A DNA stretch of 39,549 bases, taken from Polyangiaceae bacterium (GTDB lineage: Bacteria; Myxococcota_A; Polyangia; Polyangiales; Polyangiaceae). The notes beneath the pieces are model-generated. The model was not told where the DNA came from, did not search any database, and was given only the letters and a program-made list of their open reading frames with translations. Below are positions 26,716-36,581 of the stretch, in pieces. Position numbers and translations under genes: made by a program. The stretch's first letter is position 1, and each line of letters begins with the position of its first letter. The DNA lies in the NCBI GenBank assembly GCA_044222475.1, contig JBGANF010000074.1, positions 1 to 39,549 of the forward strand. Direction: 5' to 3'.

Positions 26716-27591
26716 CTATTCCCGGGCTCTCTCGATTCGGACCCAGTCGAAATCGCCTTCGTCACCTCGATGAACCGAGACCTTGCCCCGCGGGTCGGGC
26801 TGGCCGCTCGTGGCGCCCCGCACGACGTCTTCGACGTAGGCCAGCGCCGCCGCGCGCTCGGCGGGGCCCGACGGCTGCGTGGACGCGAGCTCGGCGACGC
26901 GGGAAAGCAGACCGACGCCGCGGAGCTCGGCGAAGACGAGGACGCCCTCCCGCAGCCGAACCTCGATCGTCGCTTCGAGCTCGCGGTCGACCGAGCCGTT
27001 CTTGATCGGCAGCACGTAGACCCAGTGCTCCTTGCGCACGAGCCCGTCGCCCCAGGTGCCGGATCCCTTTCCACGGAGCACGCGCGCGAGGTCGGACCCT
27101 GGGTCGAGCGGGGCACCGACCGGCGCGCGCACCACCGCTGCGATCGCGGCGAGGAGCTCCTCCTGGATCTGCTTGCGCTCGGCCGAGCGAGCGTCGAGCT
27201 CGGCGGTCGTGCGCTTCGCCGCAGCGACGAGACGCGACGTCTCGTCTTCGGCGATGTGACCGTCGAACGCGCGCAGCGTCGCCAGCGCGGCGTCCGCGTG
27301 TGGGCCGCGAGGGAGATACGACAGGTACTCCAACGCGCGGGCGCGCGACGTCTGGGCGTAGGCGAAGTACTCCGGCTCTTCGCGCTCCCATGCACCGCGG
27401 ACCTCGGAGGCCCATGCGCCGTCGGGGTGACGCGCGAGGTACTCCTGCGCAGCGACGAGGTGCTCCGGCATGGTCGCGGCGAGGCGCACCTTCCGGTAGT
27501 CGGCGAGGTCCGAGCTCGACGCCGTCATCGGCCGCATCGCCGCGCAACCGGTGACGAGGAGGGCGAGCGCGAGGAGGGCGGTTCGCTTCAC
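26716..27591 (-). CDS. Hypothetical lipoprotein with two YL..P.G motifs
   Basis: GTG overlaps the upstream TGA; lipobox LVTG-C; YLARHPDGAW and YLSYLPRGPH. Confidence 0.8.
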   Translation of the reverse strand: MKRTALLALALLVTGCAAMRPMTASSSDLADYRKVRLAATMPEHLVAAQEYLARHPDGAWASEVRGAWEREEPEYFAYAQTSRARALEYLSYLPRGPHADAALATLRAFDGHIAEDETSRLVAAAKRTTAELDARSAERKQIQEELLAAIAAVVRAPVGAPLDPGSDLARVLRGKGSGTWGDGLVRKEHWVYVLPIKNGSVDRELEATIEVRLREGVLVFAELRGVGLLSRVAELASTQPSGPAERAAALAYVEDVVRGATSGQPDPRGKVSVHRGDEGDFDWVRIERARE

Positions 27592-27974
27592 TGGTCGCCT
27601 CCTTTGCAGAACTCGCACTCGGTCGGGATCGCGCGCACGTCGTCCGAGACGTAAAGCGTGTAGTCTGCACACGATGCAGCCTCCAGCGCGTCGAGGCACA
27701 CCTCGCCGTCGTGGAGCAGCGGGAAGCACCGCGACGGGAACCCGACCTCGTTCGGAGCCTTGGGGTCGCACGCGGCGGCGCAACGCTTGGTCGTGATCTC
27801 GCACTCCATGCACCGGCTGCAGTCGACGAGCTTCCTCGCGCGTGCGAAGCGCGCCTCGTCGAGCTCCTGCACCGTGACGCCGCAACCGCCGACGTCTCCG
27901 GCCGTCGGCGCGGCGCAGAGAATCGCGAGGGCTGCCGCTACCGCGAGCGACGAGAGACGACGCGCGCGGCTCAC
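27588..27974 (-). CDS. Small secreted cysteine-rich protein
   Basis: GTGA overlaps at both ends; signal-like N-terminus; 12 Cys in 128 aa. Confidence 0.78.
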   Translation of the reverse strand: MSRARRLSSLAVAAALAILCAAPTAGDVGGCGVTVQELDEARFARARKLVDCSRCMECEITTKRCAAACDPKAPNEVGFPSRCFPLLHDGEVCLDALEAASCADYTLYVSDDVRAIPTECEFCKGGDQ

Positions 27975-28561
27975 GGCAGCACCTCGTAGTGGAAGACGAA
28001 CCCGAGCTGCGCGCTCGCGATCGGGTAGGTCGTGATCCGCGACTCGCGCGTCCCGGTGCCGAACATCGCGTCGAACACGAGCTCGGCCATCACCCCGAAG
28101 CCAGCGCGCACGAAGATCGCCCCCCCGAGCGCACCTTCCAGGCCCCACGAGGGCGCATAGGCGAGGAGGATGGGCGTCCCCACTCGAGCCCACGCCGCCG
28201 TGGGCCCGAAACGGCGGAAGATCTCGTAGCTCGGCGTGAAGACGACCTGGGAGATCCCTTCGACGGCGATGCTCGTGCGCACCGCGAGCCCGTGGAGGAA
28301 GCCGCGCGGATCGCCGAAGAGCGCGGCCGCGCCGAGGTCGACGTAGGCGGCCGTGCGAGACACGGACTCGGCGTCGCTGCCCAGGACCGTGGCGAGGCGG
28401 TACGGGTTGTTGAATCGGAGGCCGTCGCCGAAGAGCGCGGTCACCTGGACCGCGAACGGCGGGCGACGCGCCTTCACGAACGGCGGAGGTGCCTCGGCGC
28501 GAGCGGCGCTCGAGACGAGGACCGCGGCCAGCGGGCCGAAGAGTGCGAGCGCGCGCTTCAC
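27971..28561 (-). CDS. Putative small outer-membrane beta-barrel protein
   Basis: GTG overlaps the rlmN stop; signal peptide ending ARA; alternating beta strands ending LGFVFHYEVLP. Confidence 0.75.
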   Translation of the reverse strand: MKRALALFGPLAAVLVSSAARAEAPPPFVKARRPPFAVQVTALFGDGLRFNNPYRLATVLGSDAESVSRTAAYVDLGAAALFGDPRGFLHGLAVRTSIAVEGISQVVFTPSYEIFRRFGPTAAWARVGTPILLAYAPSWGLEGALGGAIFVRAGFGVMAELVFDAMFGTGTRESRITTYPIASAQLGFVFHYEVLP

Positions 28562-29718
28562 GATCGGTTCACACGCACCTTGGGCTTGGCGCCGAGGAGA
28601 GCGAGCTGACCGCACGCGGCGCTCACGTCGTCGCCGCGACGGCGCCGGATGAAGCACGAGTAGCCCGCGTCGCAGAGCACGCGCTGGAACTCCAGGACGG
28701 AGGAGAGATCCGGCGGGCCGAGCGTGCTCGCCTCGATCGGATTCATCGGGATCAGGTTGATCTTCACCGGGATCCCGCGCAGCAGTCGGGCGAGCTTCTG
28801 CGCCTCGGGGACCGTGTCGTTCCGGCCTGCGACGAGCGTGTACTCGATCGTGATCCGCCTGCGCTTCGGGAGCGGGTACGCGCGGAGCGCATCCATCAGG
28901 ACCGCCAGCGGGTACTTCTTGTTGATCGGCATCAGCTTCGACCGCGTCTCGTCGTCGGCCGCGTGAAGCGAGATCGCGAGCCCCATCTGTCCGCCGAAAT
29001 CGGCGCCGAGGCGGGCGATCTCCGGGACGAGGCCGCTCGTCGACACGGTGATGCGACGCGACGAGAGCGCGATCCCGTCCGGGTGGGTCAGCAAGCGCAA
29101 CGAGCGAAGCGTCGCGTCGTAGTTGTGCAGCGGCTCGCCCATCCCCATGTACACGACGTTGCGGAGTCGCTCGTTCTCGTCGAGGCGGGCGCGGCCCGCG
29201 AGAACTTGAGCGACGATCTCGTCCGCTCCGAGGTGTCGTTTCCAGCCCGCCACGCCGCTCGCGCAGAAGACGCAACCCATCGCGCAACCGACCTGGGTCG
29301 AGATGCACTGGGTGACGCGCACGTGCGCGTCCGGTACGGCCGCGTCCTCTTCTTCGTCGTCGACGGCGGCCGAAGCGTCCGCGTCCTCGTCGACGGAGCC
29401 AGGGACCGAGCTCTTCCCGCCGCTGACGCCGGGGATCAACACCGACTCGATGCTCGCCCCGTCATCGAGGGTGAACAGGAGCTTCCGCGTGTTGTCGGTC
29501 GATCGCCGCTCGGTGGCGAGGCGCAAGCGCTCCCCCACGCCCTCGGCGCGCAACTTCTCCCTGAGGGGCGCCGGCAGATCCGACATCGCATCCGGGCTGG
29601 TGACCCCGCGCGCGTGGATCCATCGGAAGATCTGCTTCGCGTGGAACGCGCGCGTGCCCCACGCGGAGACGGTCTCCGTCCACTCCTCCGGGGTTCGCGC
29701 CAAGGCCGGCCACGCCAT
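28558..29718 (-). CDS. rlmN: 23S rRNA m2A2503 radical SAM methyltransferase
   Basis: CISTQVGCAMGCVFC, MGMGEPLHN, ISLHA and AACGQL. Confidence 0.95.
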   Translation of the reverse strand: MAWPALARTPEEWTETVSAWGTRAFHAKQIFRWIHARGVTSPDAMSDLPAPLREKLRAEGVGERLRLATERRSTDNTRKLLFTLDDGASIESVLIPGVSGGKSSVPGSVDEDADASAAVDDEEEDAAVPDAHVRVTQCISTQVGCAMGCVFCASGVAGWKRHLGADEIVAQVLAGRARLDENERLRNVVYMGMGEPLHNYDATLRSLRLLTHPDGIALSSRRITVSTSGLVPEIARLGADFGGQMGLAISLHAADDETRSKLMPINKKYPLAVLMDALRAYPLPKRRRITIEYTLVAGRNDTVPEAQKLARLLRGIPVKINLIPMNPIEASTLGPPDLSSVLEFQRVLCDAGYSCFIRRRRGDDVSAACGQLALLGAKPKVRVNRS

Positions 29719-29735
29719 CGGCGCTTTGTAGCACG

Positions 29736-32700
29736 TCAGGGGCTTCGGGTGACCCGCCCGGTGGCCTCGCGGACGCGCCGAACGAGCACTCGGACGACCT
29801 GCTCCTGGATCTGGGGCCGCCGCGCCATCAGCTCGCGAAAGTCGGCGCTGCGCAGCCGGAGCAGCTCGGTCATCTGGAGCGCGACGGCATCCGCGCTGCG
29901 GGGCTCGTTGTCGAGCAGGGCGAGCTCACCGAAGAACTCCTGCGACTTCGCGGTGCCCAGCTCGACCGCGCCGTCGCGGAGCGAGACGAGCCCGCTGCGA
30001 ACCAGGAAGAGATCGTCGCCGGGGTCGCCCTTCTTGAAGATCGTCTCGCCCTCGCGCACTTGGACCGACGACAACATCTCGGCGACGCGACGAAGCTCCG
30101 CGCCCGGCATCTCCTCGAAGAGAGGCACCGTGCGCAGAAAGGCCATGCGTTCGAACAGCGGCAGCACGTCGGCGTACTCCTCCGCGAGCCGTGGATACCG
30201 CTCGCGGAAGCGATCCTGATACACCAAAAGCGCCTTCCCGATGAGCTCGGCGTTGCCGAGCTGGACGATCGCGGCCAGCGGGTCGCGCTCGACCTGGGAG
30301 ACGCCGTCGGCAAACTGGCGCGCGCACTCGGCCTTTTCACGGAGCGAGAGCCTCTCGAACAGCGGCACGACGCGCTTGGCGAGGTCGCGCGCGAGCGTCG
30401 CGTCGACGAGCTCGGCGATCTTCGCATCGACCTCGGCGCTGGCGCGCCGGAGGCCGGCCTCGACGGCCGACACCAGGCGATGGCGGCCGGTCAGCGCCAA
30501 GAGATGCAGCACGCGCTGGCGCGCTTGCCCGACCTCGCGCTCGATCTCGTGGCCGAGCTGATCGTACGGCGGATCGATCTTCCAGTCCGGGATGCCGTCG
30601 TCACGGGCGAGGCCCGCCAAGATGGCGTACAGGCGGTAGGCAAGCGCGAGCTCGCGGTCGAGCAGCGGCGCGATGTGCGCGTCGTCGGGGCGCGGGACGA
30701 GGCCGCGCTGCGTCGCGTACGCGAGCGAGCGCACCGCGCGGACGCGCACCTCGGGGTCCTCGTGGGAGAGCAGCCGCTCGAGCAGCGGACCGGTTCCGCC
30801 CTCGCCCGGGCGGGCGGCCGGGATCGAGAGCGCCCCGAGCGCGGATGCGACGTGTCTCACGCTCTCCGCCGATGCGTCCTCGACCGTGTCGCGCACGTAG
30901 CGGAGCGCCTCGTCCCCCCACCCCACCAGGTGCTCCGCCACGTCCGGCCCGATCCGGGTCCCGAGCAGGGCCGCGATCTGCGGCAGGAGCGACTTCGCGC
31001 CCACGCGCGCGGCCGTCTCCACCGCGAGGAGCTTGCGCTCGTCGCTCGCGTCGGAGGTGAGGATTCCGCGGAGCGCCTTGATGACGTCGGCGCGTTCCGC
31101 GTCCGGCGCCCCGTCGCGGCGAAGCACCGCGAGCGTCTCGGTCACGATCGCATCGTCACCGCGAAGGAGCCCGGCAAAGCCCATGGGTCGCGACGTGCGG
31201 CGCGCCTCGGTGAGCGCGAGAGCCACCGCGGCCGCCGCTTGAGCTGGGTGGTCCTTCGCGTCGGCGACCGCGGTCAGGACCGACCGCGTCCGCTCGGCGC
31301 TCGCCTCCATGGCGCCGAGGGCGCGCGCGGCGTGACGCTGGCAGTCGGGGTCTTCGTCCTCTTCCAGCGCCTTCGCGCATGCCTCGGCGAACGCGGCCAG
31401 CCGGTGCTTCGCCACCGCGTCCAGCGCGGCCACGCGAACGTGCTCGAACTTGCTCGCCAGCGCCGTCGTGAGGACGTCGGGGGTCGGCGCCGTGTCTCCC
31501 TCGCAGAGCAGCTCGGCTGCGAGACCGGCGCGGCGCGAATCTGGACCGGAGAGCTCGGCGCCGAGGACGCGACGCATCTCGTCGTCGAGGCGGGCCGTCG
31601 GCACGGCGTCGAAATCGAACGTGCGCTCGTCGATCGCGCGCCGCAGAGCGTCGCGGTACGCGCTCCGGACGCCCCACACGCAGACGGCCCCCATCACGCC
31701 GATGCCGACGAGGGTGGCCACGCCGAGCGTCCGAGTGGCCGGGATGTGGGGCATGAGCGATAGACCGACCGCCATCGCGGCGTACGCGGCCGGTGCGATC
31801 ACCCCTCGGATCAGCGCCCGCGATTGCACCCGCTCGATCGGCGGCAGCGGCGTCTGCGTCTGCTCGCTCGCGGAGCTCCACACCGACTGCTTGAGCACGC
31901 GATCGACCCCGCGGAGGATGACGATCGCGGCGAACCCCGGCACGACGAGCACACCGCACACCGCGAGCAGCGTGAGGACCGGCGTCACGAGGAGCGACCG
32001 CGCCGTGCCCAACCCCAGCAGGATCCGGCTCGAAAACAGGAGCACGAACACGAGCGTCACTCCGCTCGTGATGCCGTAGTACCGGCCGAAGAACGCGGTC
32101 GAGCTGTCCTCGGTCGGGTAGCGCTCGTGGGCAGCGCTCATCAGAAGCAAGTCCATGAGCTGCTCCGTCAGGAGCGCGAGAACCGACAGCGACATCATCA
32201 CGCGCATGAGCGGCATGCGACGCACGAACGCGAACGCGCTCTTCCACTCGCCGACGATCGATCGCTTCCGCGGCGCCATGCTCGCCTGCGGGAGGTCTTT
32301 CCGCCGGATCAGCGTCACGAGGAGCGCGCCGGTCGCGAGCAGCACCGGCGCGATGTAGAGCAACGTCGGCGCGCCGAGGCGGTGCGCGAAGGCCGGCACG
32401 AGGAGCCCGAAGAGGGCCCACGCGACGGTCGCCCCGACGCCGGCGATCGGCAGGAGGCGCTTCGCGCTGCGCGGCGTCGTCGCCTGCGACACGACCGCCC
32501 ACGCCTGAATGAGGAGCACGCCCGCGATCGTCTCGATGACCGGATAGAGGATGAACGCGGCGAACCGCATCTCGAAGTAGAGCATCGCGCGGAGCCCCAC
32601 GCAGATGAGCGCGCACGTGACGATCGAGCGTACGGCGAGCCGCGCGGCGCCGAGCCTCCCGGCGAGCGGGACGAGCGCCATCGACGTCGTCGAGAGCAGC

Positions 32701-32912
32701 GCCGCCGAAGCGAAGAACGCCTTCGGGATCATCGTCTTCGGGTACGCGTTGAGGAAGATCCCGTACTGCGCCGACTTCAGGATCACGAGTGACGCCGAGA
32801 CGACGAAGATGAGCGCGATGAGACGAAACGCGCGAGGCAGCTCGCCCTCGGAGAGGCCGAGGACGCGGGCCGACCACTCCTCTGCACGCTCGAGCGTCGA
32901 CGCCTCGCTCAT
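29736..32912 (-). CDS. NTT/TLC-like MFS transporter fused to HEAT repeats and a C-terminal cyclic-nucleotide-binding domain
   Basis: About 12 TM segments in the N-terminal ~420 aa (SAKRLLP), HEAT-like repeats (LLSHEDPEVRVRAVRSL) and a cNMP cassette FFGELALLDNEPRSADAVA. Confidence 0.85.
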   Translation of the reverse strand: MSEASTLERAEEWSARVLGLSEGELPRAFRLIALIFVVSASLVILKSAQYGIFLNAYPKTMIPKAFFASAALLSTTSMALVPLAGRLGAARLAVRSIVTCALICVGLRAMLYFEMRFAAFILYPVIETIAGVLLIQAWAVVSQATTPRSAKRLLPIAGVGATVAWALFGLLVPAFAHRLGAPTLLYIAPVLLATGALLVTLIRRKDLPQASMAPRKRSIVGEWKSAFAFVRRMPLMRVMMSLSVLALLTEQLMDLLLMSAAHERYPTEDSSTAFFGRYYGITSGVTLVFVLLFSSRILLGLGTARSLLVTPVLTLLAVCGVLVVPGFAAIVILRGVDRVLKQSVWSSASEQTQTPLPPIERVQSRALIRGVIAPAAYAAMAVGLSLMPHIPATRTLGVATLVGIGVMGAVCVWGVRSAYRDALRRAIDERTFDFDAVPTARLDDEMRRVLGAELSGPDSRRAGLAAELLCEGDTAPTPDVLTTALASKFEHVRVAALDAVAKHRLAAFAEACAKALEEDEDPDCQRHAARALGAMEASAERTRSVLTAVADAKDHPAQAAAAVALALTEARRTSRPMGFAGLLRGDDAIVTETLAVLRRDGAPDAERADVIKALRGILTSDASDERKLLAVETAARVGAKSLLPQIAALLGTRIGPDVAEHLVGWGDEALRYVRDTVEDASAESVRHVASALGALSIPAARPGEGGTGPLLERLLSHEDPEVRVRAVRSLAYATQRGLVPRPDDAHIAPLLDRELALAYRLYAILAGLARDDGIPDWKIDPPYDQLGHEIEREVGQARQRVLHLLALTGRHRLVSAVEAGLRRASAEVDAKIAELVDATLARDLAKRVVPLFERLSLREKAECARQFADGVSQVERDPLAAIVQLGNAELIGKALLVYQDRFRERYPRLAEEYADVLPLFERMAFLRTVPLFEEMPGAELRRVAEMLSSVQVREGETIFKKGDPGDDLFLVRSGLVSLRDGAVELGTAKSQEFFGELALLDNEPRSADAVALQMTELLRLRSADFRELMARRPQIQEQVVRVLVRRVREATGRVTRSP

Positions 32913-32916
32913 CCGG

Positions 32917-33792
32917 TCAACGCGCCTTCTCCGGCTTCACGGACGCCGTTGCCGCGCGCTCGTTGGCCTTTGCTTCTTCCCAGTAACCGTCGAGCTCGTC
33001 GAGCGGGAGCGTCGCGCTGGTCCCGAAGCCGCCGTGCTTCTCGCGAACCCGCGCCTCGACGTGGTCGAAGCGCCGCGTGAACTTGTCGATCGTCCTTCGC
33101 AGCGCGCCCTCGCTGTCGACCTTGACGTGTCGCGAGAGGTTCACGAGGGCGAACAGGGCGTCGCCCATCTCCTCCTCGATCGCCGCCGCGTCGCCCGAGT
33201 CGATCGCGTGGTCGAGCTCGGCCAGCTCTTCGTGGACCTTCGCTCGGGACCCGCTGGCGTCGGCCCAGTCGAACCCGACGCGCGACACCTTCTCGCCGAT
33301 GCGTTGAGCCCGCGTGAGCGCGGGGAGGCTCCGCGGCACACCGGCCAGGACGCCTCGCTCCCCCTTCTCCTTCGCCTTGAGCTTCTCCCAGTTCCGGAGG
33401 ACCTCGTCCGCGTCGGCCGCGCTCGCGTCGCCGAAGACGTGGGGGTGGCGCGTGACCAGCTTGTGGACGATCGCCTCGACGACGTCGTCGATGGCGAATG
33501 CGCGCTCGCGTCGCGCGAGCTCCGCCTGGAAGACGACCTGCAGAAGAAGATCGCCGAGCTCCTCGCGCAGCGCCATGCGGTCGCCGGAGTCGATCGCGTC
33601 GATCACTTCGCAGGCCTCTTCGAGGACGTACTTGCGCAACGTCTCGAATGTCTGCTCGCGATCCCACGGGCAGCCGTCGTCGGCGAGGAGGCGCCGCATC
33701 ACCCCTACGAGACGCGCGAGGGTGCGACCGTCTTGGGCCTCGATCGCCGGAACCTCGCGCGGCGAGGTGTCATCGAACCGGGGGAGGCTCAC
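32917..33792 (-). CDS. mazG: Nucleoside triphosphate pyrophosphohydrolase MazG
   Basis: GCPWDREQT, EELGDLLLQVVF, RHPHVFG, GFDW and EEMGD; GTG overlaps the upstream TGA. Confidence 0.95.
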   Translation of the reverse strand: MSLPRFDDTSPREVPAIEAQDGRTLARLVGVMRRLLADDGCPWDREQTFETLRKYVLEEACEVIDAIDSGDRMALREELGDLLLQVVFQAELARRERAFAIDDVVEAIVHKLVTRHPHVFGDASAADADEVLRNWEKLKAKEKGERGVLAGVPRSLPALTRAQRIGEKVSRVGFDWADASGSRAKVHEELAELDHAIDSGDAAAIEEEMGDALFALVNLSRHVKVDSEGALRRTIDKFTRRFDHVEARVREKHGGFGTSATLPLDELDGYWEEAKANERAATASVKPEKAR

Positions 33793-34421
33793 TTGCGCCT
33801 CCGAATCGCTGGAGCTTCCAACTCGTAGAACCGCGTCGGTCCCCCGCGGCGATGGTAGAGCCCGCACCCGACCGCCTCGAAGTGCGGTTCGAGCAGGCGG
33901 AGGTAGAACGACGCCGGCCTCTCGTGGACGGCGACGTCGGTGAGATCGCGATCGCAGACCTCGTCGAGGTCGCGCCGGGTGATCGCCTCGAGGTACAGAA
34001 AGCCTCGGCACATCGCGGCGAGGTTCTCGATCGCTCGCGCCGCGCCAGCGTCGTCGATGTACGGGAGCACGCCCTGGCAGAACACGAGGTCGAAGCGCTT
34101 CGGGGACCGCCACGCGGTGATGTCGCGGTGCTCGTGGCCGTAGCGCTCGCACGCGTAGGCGCTGACATCGGTCGAGACGTACCGCACGTTGCGGCGATGG
34201 GCGCGAAACCAGTCGCGCAGGATCCCCGGCCCCGCGCCGACGTCGAGGACGCTGGTCAGAGGCGCCCCCCACCACTCGAGGAGCCCGGTGATGCCCTTCG
34301 CCAACGAGGCAATCTGGGCCGCTCCGTGGACGCGGGTCCGACGTGATTCGTAGAAACGGTCGAAATATGCGCGATCGAAGGCCTCGTTCGCGGCGGCTCT
34401 CCGGCCAGGGCGAGTTCCCAT
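33789..34421 (-). CDS. Class I SAM-dependent methyltransferase
   Basis: VLDVGAGPG and FDLVFCQGVLPY; start approximate. Confidence 0.88.
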   Translation of the reverse strand: MGTRPGRRAAANEAFDRAYFDRFYESRRTRVHGAAQIASLAKGITGLLEWWGAPLTSVLDVGAGPGILRDWFRAHRRNVRYVSTDVSAYACERYGHEHRDITAWRSPKRFDLVFCQGVLPYIDDAGAARAIENLAAMCRGFLYLEAITRRDLDEVCDRDLTDVAVHERPASFYLRLLEPHFEAVGCGLYHRRGGPTRFYELEAPAIRRRK

Positions 34422-34510
34422 CGTGGGGGACCTTCCCCGTTTCTGCGGCGCGACGCAAGGTCCCACGAACCCCTCCCAGCTTGGTCGGGTCCAGCGTACA
34501 GTCAGGGCGC

Positions 34511-35578
34511 ATGCCCACGGAGACGAGCCCGACGTTTCGCCGCGTTCTCATCGGACTCGGCATCGCGGCCGCGCTCACGCTCGCGTACATGCTCCGCGGC
34601 GTCCTCCTGCCGCTCTTCTTCGCGTTTCTCCTCGCCTACGCTTTGGACCCCGCGGTGGACCGGCTCGAGGCCTTGAAGGTGCCGCGCCCGCTCGGCGCGA
34701 TCATGGTCCTCGTGGGCCTGACCGCAGTCGTCGTCGTCGCGCTCATGTTCGCCGTGCCGATGTTCGTCGAAGAGTTCAAGGCGGCGACCGCCGAGCTCCC
34801 CACGCAGCTCGCCGGGCTACAGGCACGTCTCGAGCCGTGGCTCCTCTCGACCTTCAAGATCAAGCTCCCTCACACTTGGGGCGAGTGGGCCGAGAAGCTG
34901 GGGACCCAATTTCCGGCGCTGAAGGACACCCTCAAGAACGCGTTCTTCGGCACGCTCGACTACGTCGGCGTCGCGCTGAGCGCCCTCATCGTTCCGGTGT
35001 TCGCGCTCTACCTGTTGATCGATTTCGATCGCATCGTGGCGCGCACCGCGCAGCTGATGCCGCGCCGCTGGATCCGTCCGGTGACCGAGGTCGCGTCCCA
35101 GATCCACCGCACGCTCGGCGGCTACGTCCGCGGGCAGCTCACCGCGTGCTTCGTGCTCGCCGCGCTGTACGCGATCGGCCTCCGGATCGTCGACATCCGG
35201 CTCGCAGTGCCGATCGGGGTCCTCACCGGCATGCTCGCCTTCGTCCCCTACGTCGGCTTCGGCATGGGGCTGACGCTCGCGGTCTCGATGTCGCTGCTCG
35301 ACTGGCACGGCTTCCGGCCGGTGATCGGCGTCATCGCGGTGATGGGCTTCGTGCAGGTCCTCGACGGCATGGTGATCACGCCGCGCATCGTAGGCCGCTC
35401 CGTCGGGCTCGCTCCGCTCGAGGTGCTCATCACGATGACGGCCGCGGGCTCGCTCCTGGGCCCGTTCGGAGTGCTCCTCGCCGTGCCGTTGGGAGCGGTG
35501 ACGAAGATCCTCGTTCAGCGCTTCGTGAAGGTCTACCTCGCGTCCGACTTCTACAAGCGGAAAGAGGACGCGCCCTGA
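34511..35578 (+). CDS. AI-2E (PerM/UPF0118) family transporter
   Basis: LAYALDPAVDRLE, LGGYVRGQL, FVPYVG, ITPRIVGRSVGL and LLAVP. Confidence 0.92.
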   Translation: MPTETSPTFRRVLIGLGIAAALTLAYMLRGVLLPLFFAFLLAYALDPAVDRLEALKVPRPLGAIMVLVGLTAVVVVALMFAVPMFVEEFKAATAELPTQLAGLQARLEPWLLSTFKIKLPHTWGEWAEKLGTQFPALKDTLKNAFFGTLDYVGVALSALIVPVFALYLLIDFDRIVARTAQLMPRRWIRPVTEVASQIHRTLGGYVRGQLTACFVLAALYAIGLRIVDIRLAVPIGVLTGMLAFVPYVGFGMGLTLAVSMSLLDWHGFRPVIGVIAVMGFVQVLDGMVITPRIVGRSVGLAPLEVLITMTAAGSLLGPFGVLLAVPLGAVTKILVQRFVKVYLASDFYKRKEDAP

Positions 35579-35579
35579 G

Positions 35580-36581
35580 CTACGACTTCTCTCCGACGAC
35601 GTCGGCCTCGAGGTAGGCCCGGAGCTCGGCGCCCGGGCCGAAGCGACCGAGCCCGATCATGAGCTTGGCGAGCGCCGCCTCCGGCGTCATGTCTCCGCCA
35701 GCGATGGCGCCCGCCTGCGCGGCGGCCGCGCCACCGGCGTAGCGCGGGAGGTCGACGAACCCGCGAAGGCACTGGGAGACGACCAGGACCGGCACGTTGG
35801 CCTCACGCGCCTCGTGCAGCGCCGAGATGAGCGAGCCACCGAGCTGGGGTACGTTTCCGGTCCCGTAGGCCTCGAGGACGAGCCCTCGCACGCCCGCGCG
35901 CAGCGCACCGGTCACGAGCGCGGGATCGAGCCCTGGGAACACGCGGACGGCGAGCACCCGCGGCTCCAGCCGCCGGTCGAGAGGGACCAGCGGTCCCGCC
36001 GGACGCACGTGCTTCGCGACCGCGGTCCCGACGCCGAGCTCGACGAGCGGCGGGCAGTTGGGTGCATCGAACGCGTCGAACGCCCACGCGTCGCGCTTCG
36101 TCGACCGCGCGCCGCGCAGCGCGCGCGACGCGAAGGCAATCGTGACCTCGGGAACGGGTAGCGTGGCGACGAGCGCCGCGTCGACGAGGTTCTCCCGCGC
36201 GTCGGTTCGCACGGCCGAGAGCGGCTGTTGCGAACCGGTGAGCACCACCGGCTTCGGGATCGGGCCGAGCAGCAGCGCGAGCGCGCTCGCGGTGTACGCC
36301 ATCGTGTCGGTGCCGTGGACGACGACGACACCGTCGAAGCGATCGTCGGCGAGTGCCGCGTGAACGCTCTCGGCGAGGGCGAGCCAATCACTCGGCTGCA
36401 TGTCCCCCGAGTCCATGGCGAAGAGCTGCTGCGTCTCGATCTCCGCGGCGCGCGCGAGCGCCGGGACCTCGGCCACCAAGTCGCGCGCGGCGGTGTCGAC
36501 GGAGAGCGCGCCCTCGCCTCTCTCCGACGGCTTCATGAGAAGCGTGCCGCCGGTGAGGAGAACGAGGATTCGCCTTTGCAT
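35580..36581 (-). CDS. ansA: Type I (cytoplasmic) L-asparaginase
   Basis: TGGTL, DSGDM, HGTDTMAY, LTGSQ, YGTGN and DMTPEAALAKL. Confidence 0.93.
   Translation of the reverse strand: MQRRILVLLTGGTLLMKPSERGEGALSVDTAARDLVAEVPALARAAEIETQQLFAMDSGDMQPSDWLALAESVHAALADDRFDGVVVVHGTDTMAYTASALALLLGPIPKPVVLTGSQQPLSAVRTDARENLVDAALVATLPVPEVTIAFASRALRGARSTKRDAWAFDAFDAPNCPPLVELGVGTAVAKHVRPAGPLVPLDRRLEPRVLAVRVFPGLDPALVTGALRAGVRGLVLEAYGTGNVPQLGGSLISALHEAREANVPVLVVSQCLRGFVDLPRYAGGAAAAQAGAIAGGDMTPEAALAKLMIGLGRFGPGAELRAYLEADVVGEKS

Noticed and set aside
32917..34590. 557-aa MazG, and similar over-extended ORFs (24486-26507, 27971-29308, 26716-27885)
   Set aside because: The upstream parts are off-frame readings of the preceding gene; stop/start overlaps mark the true starts.
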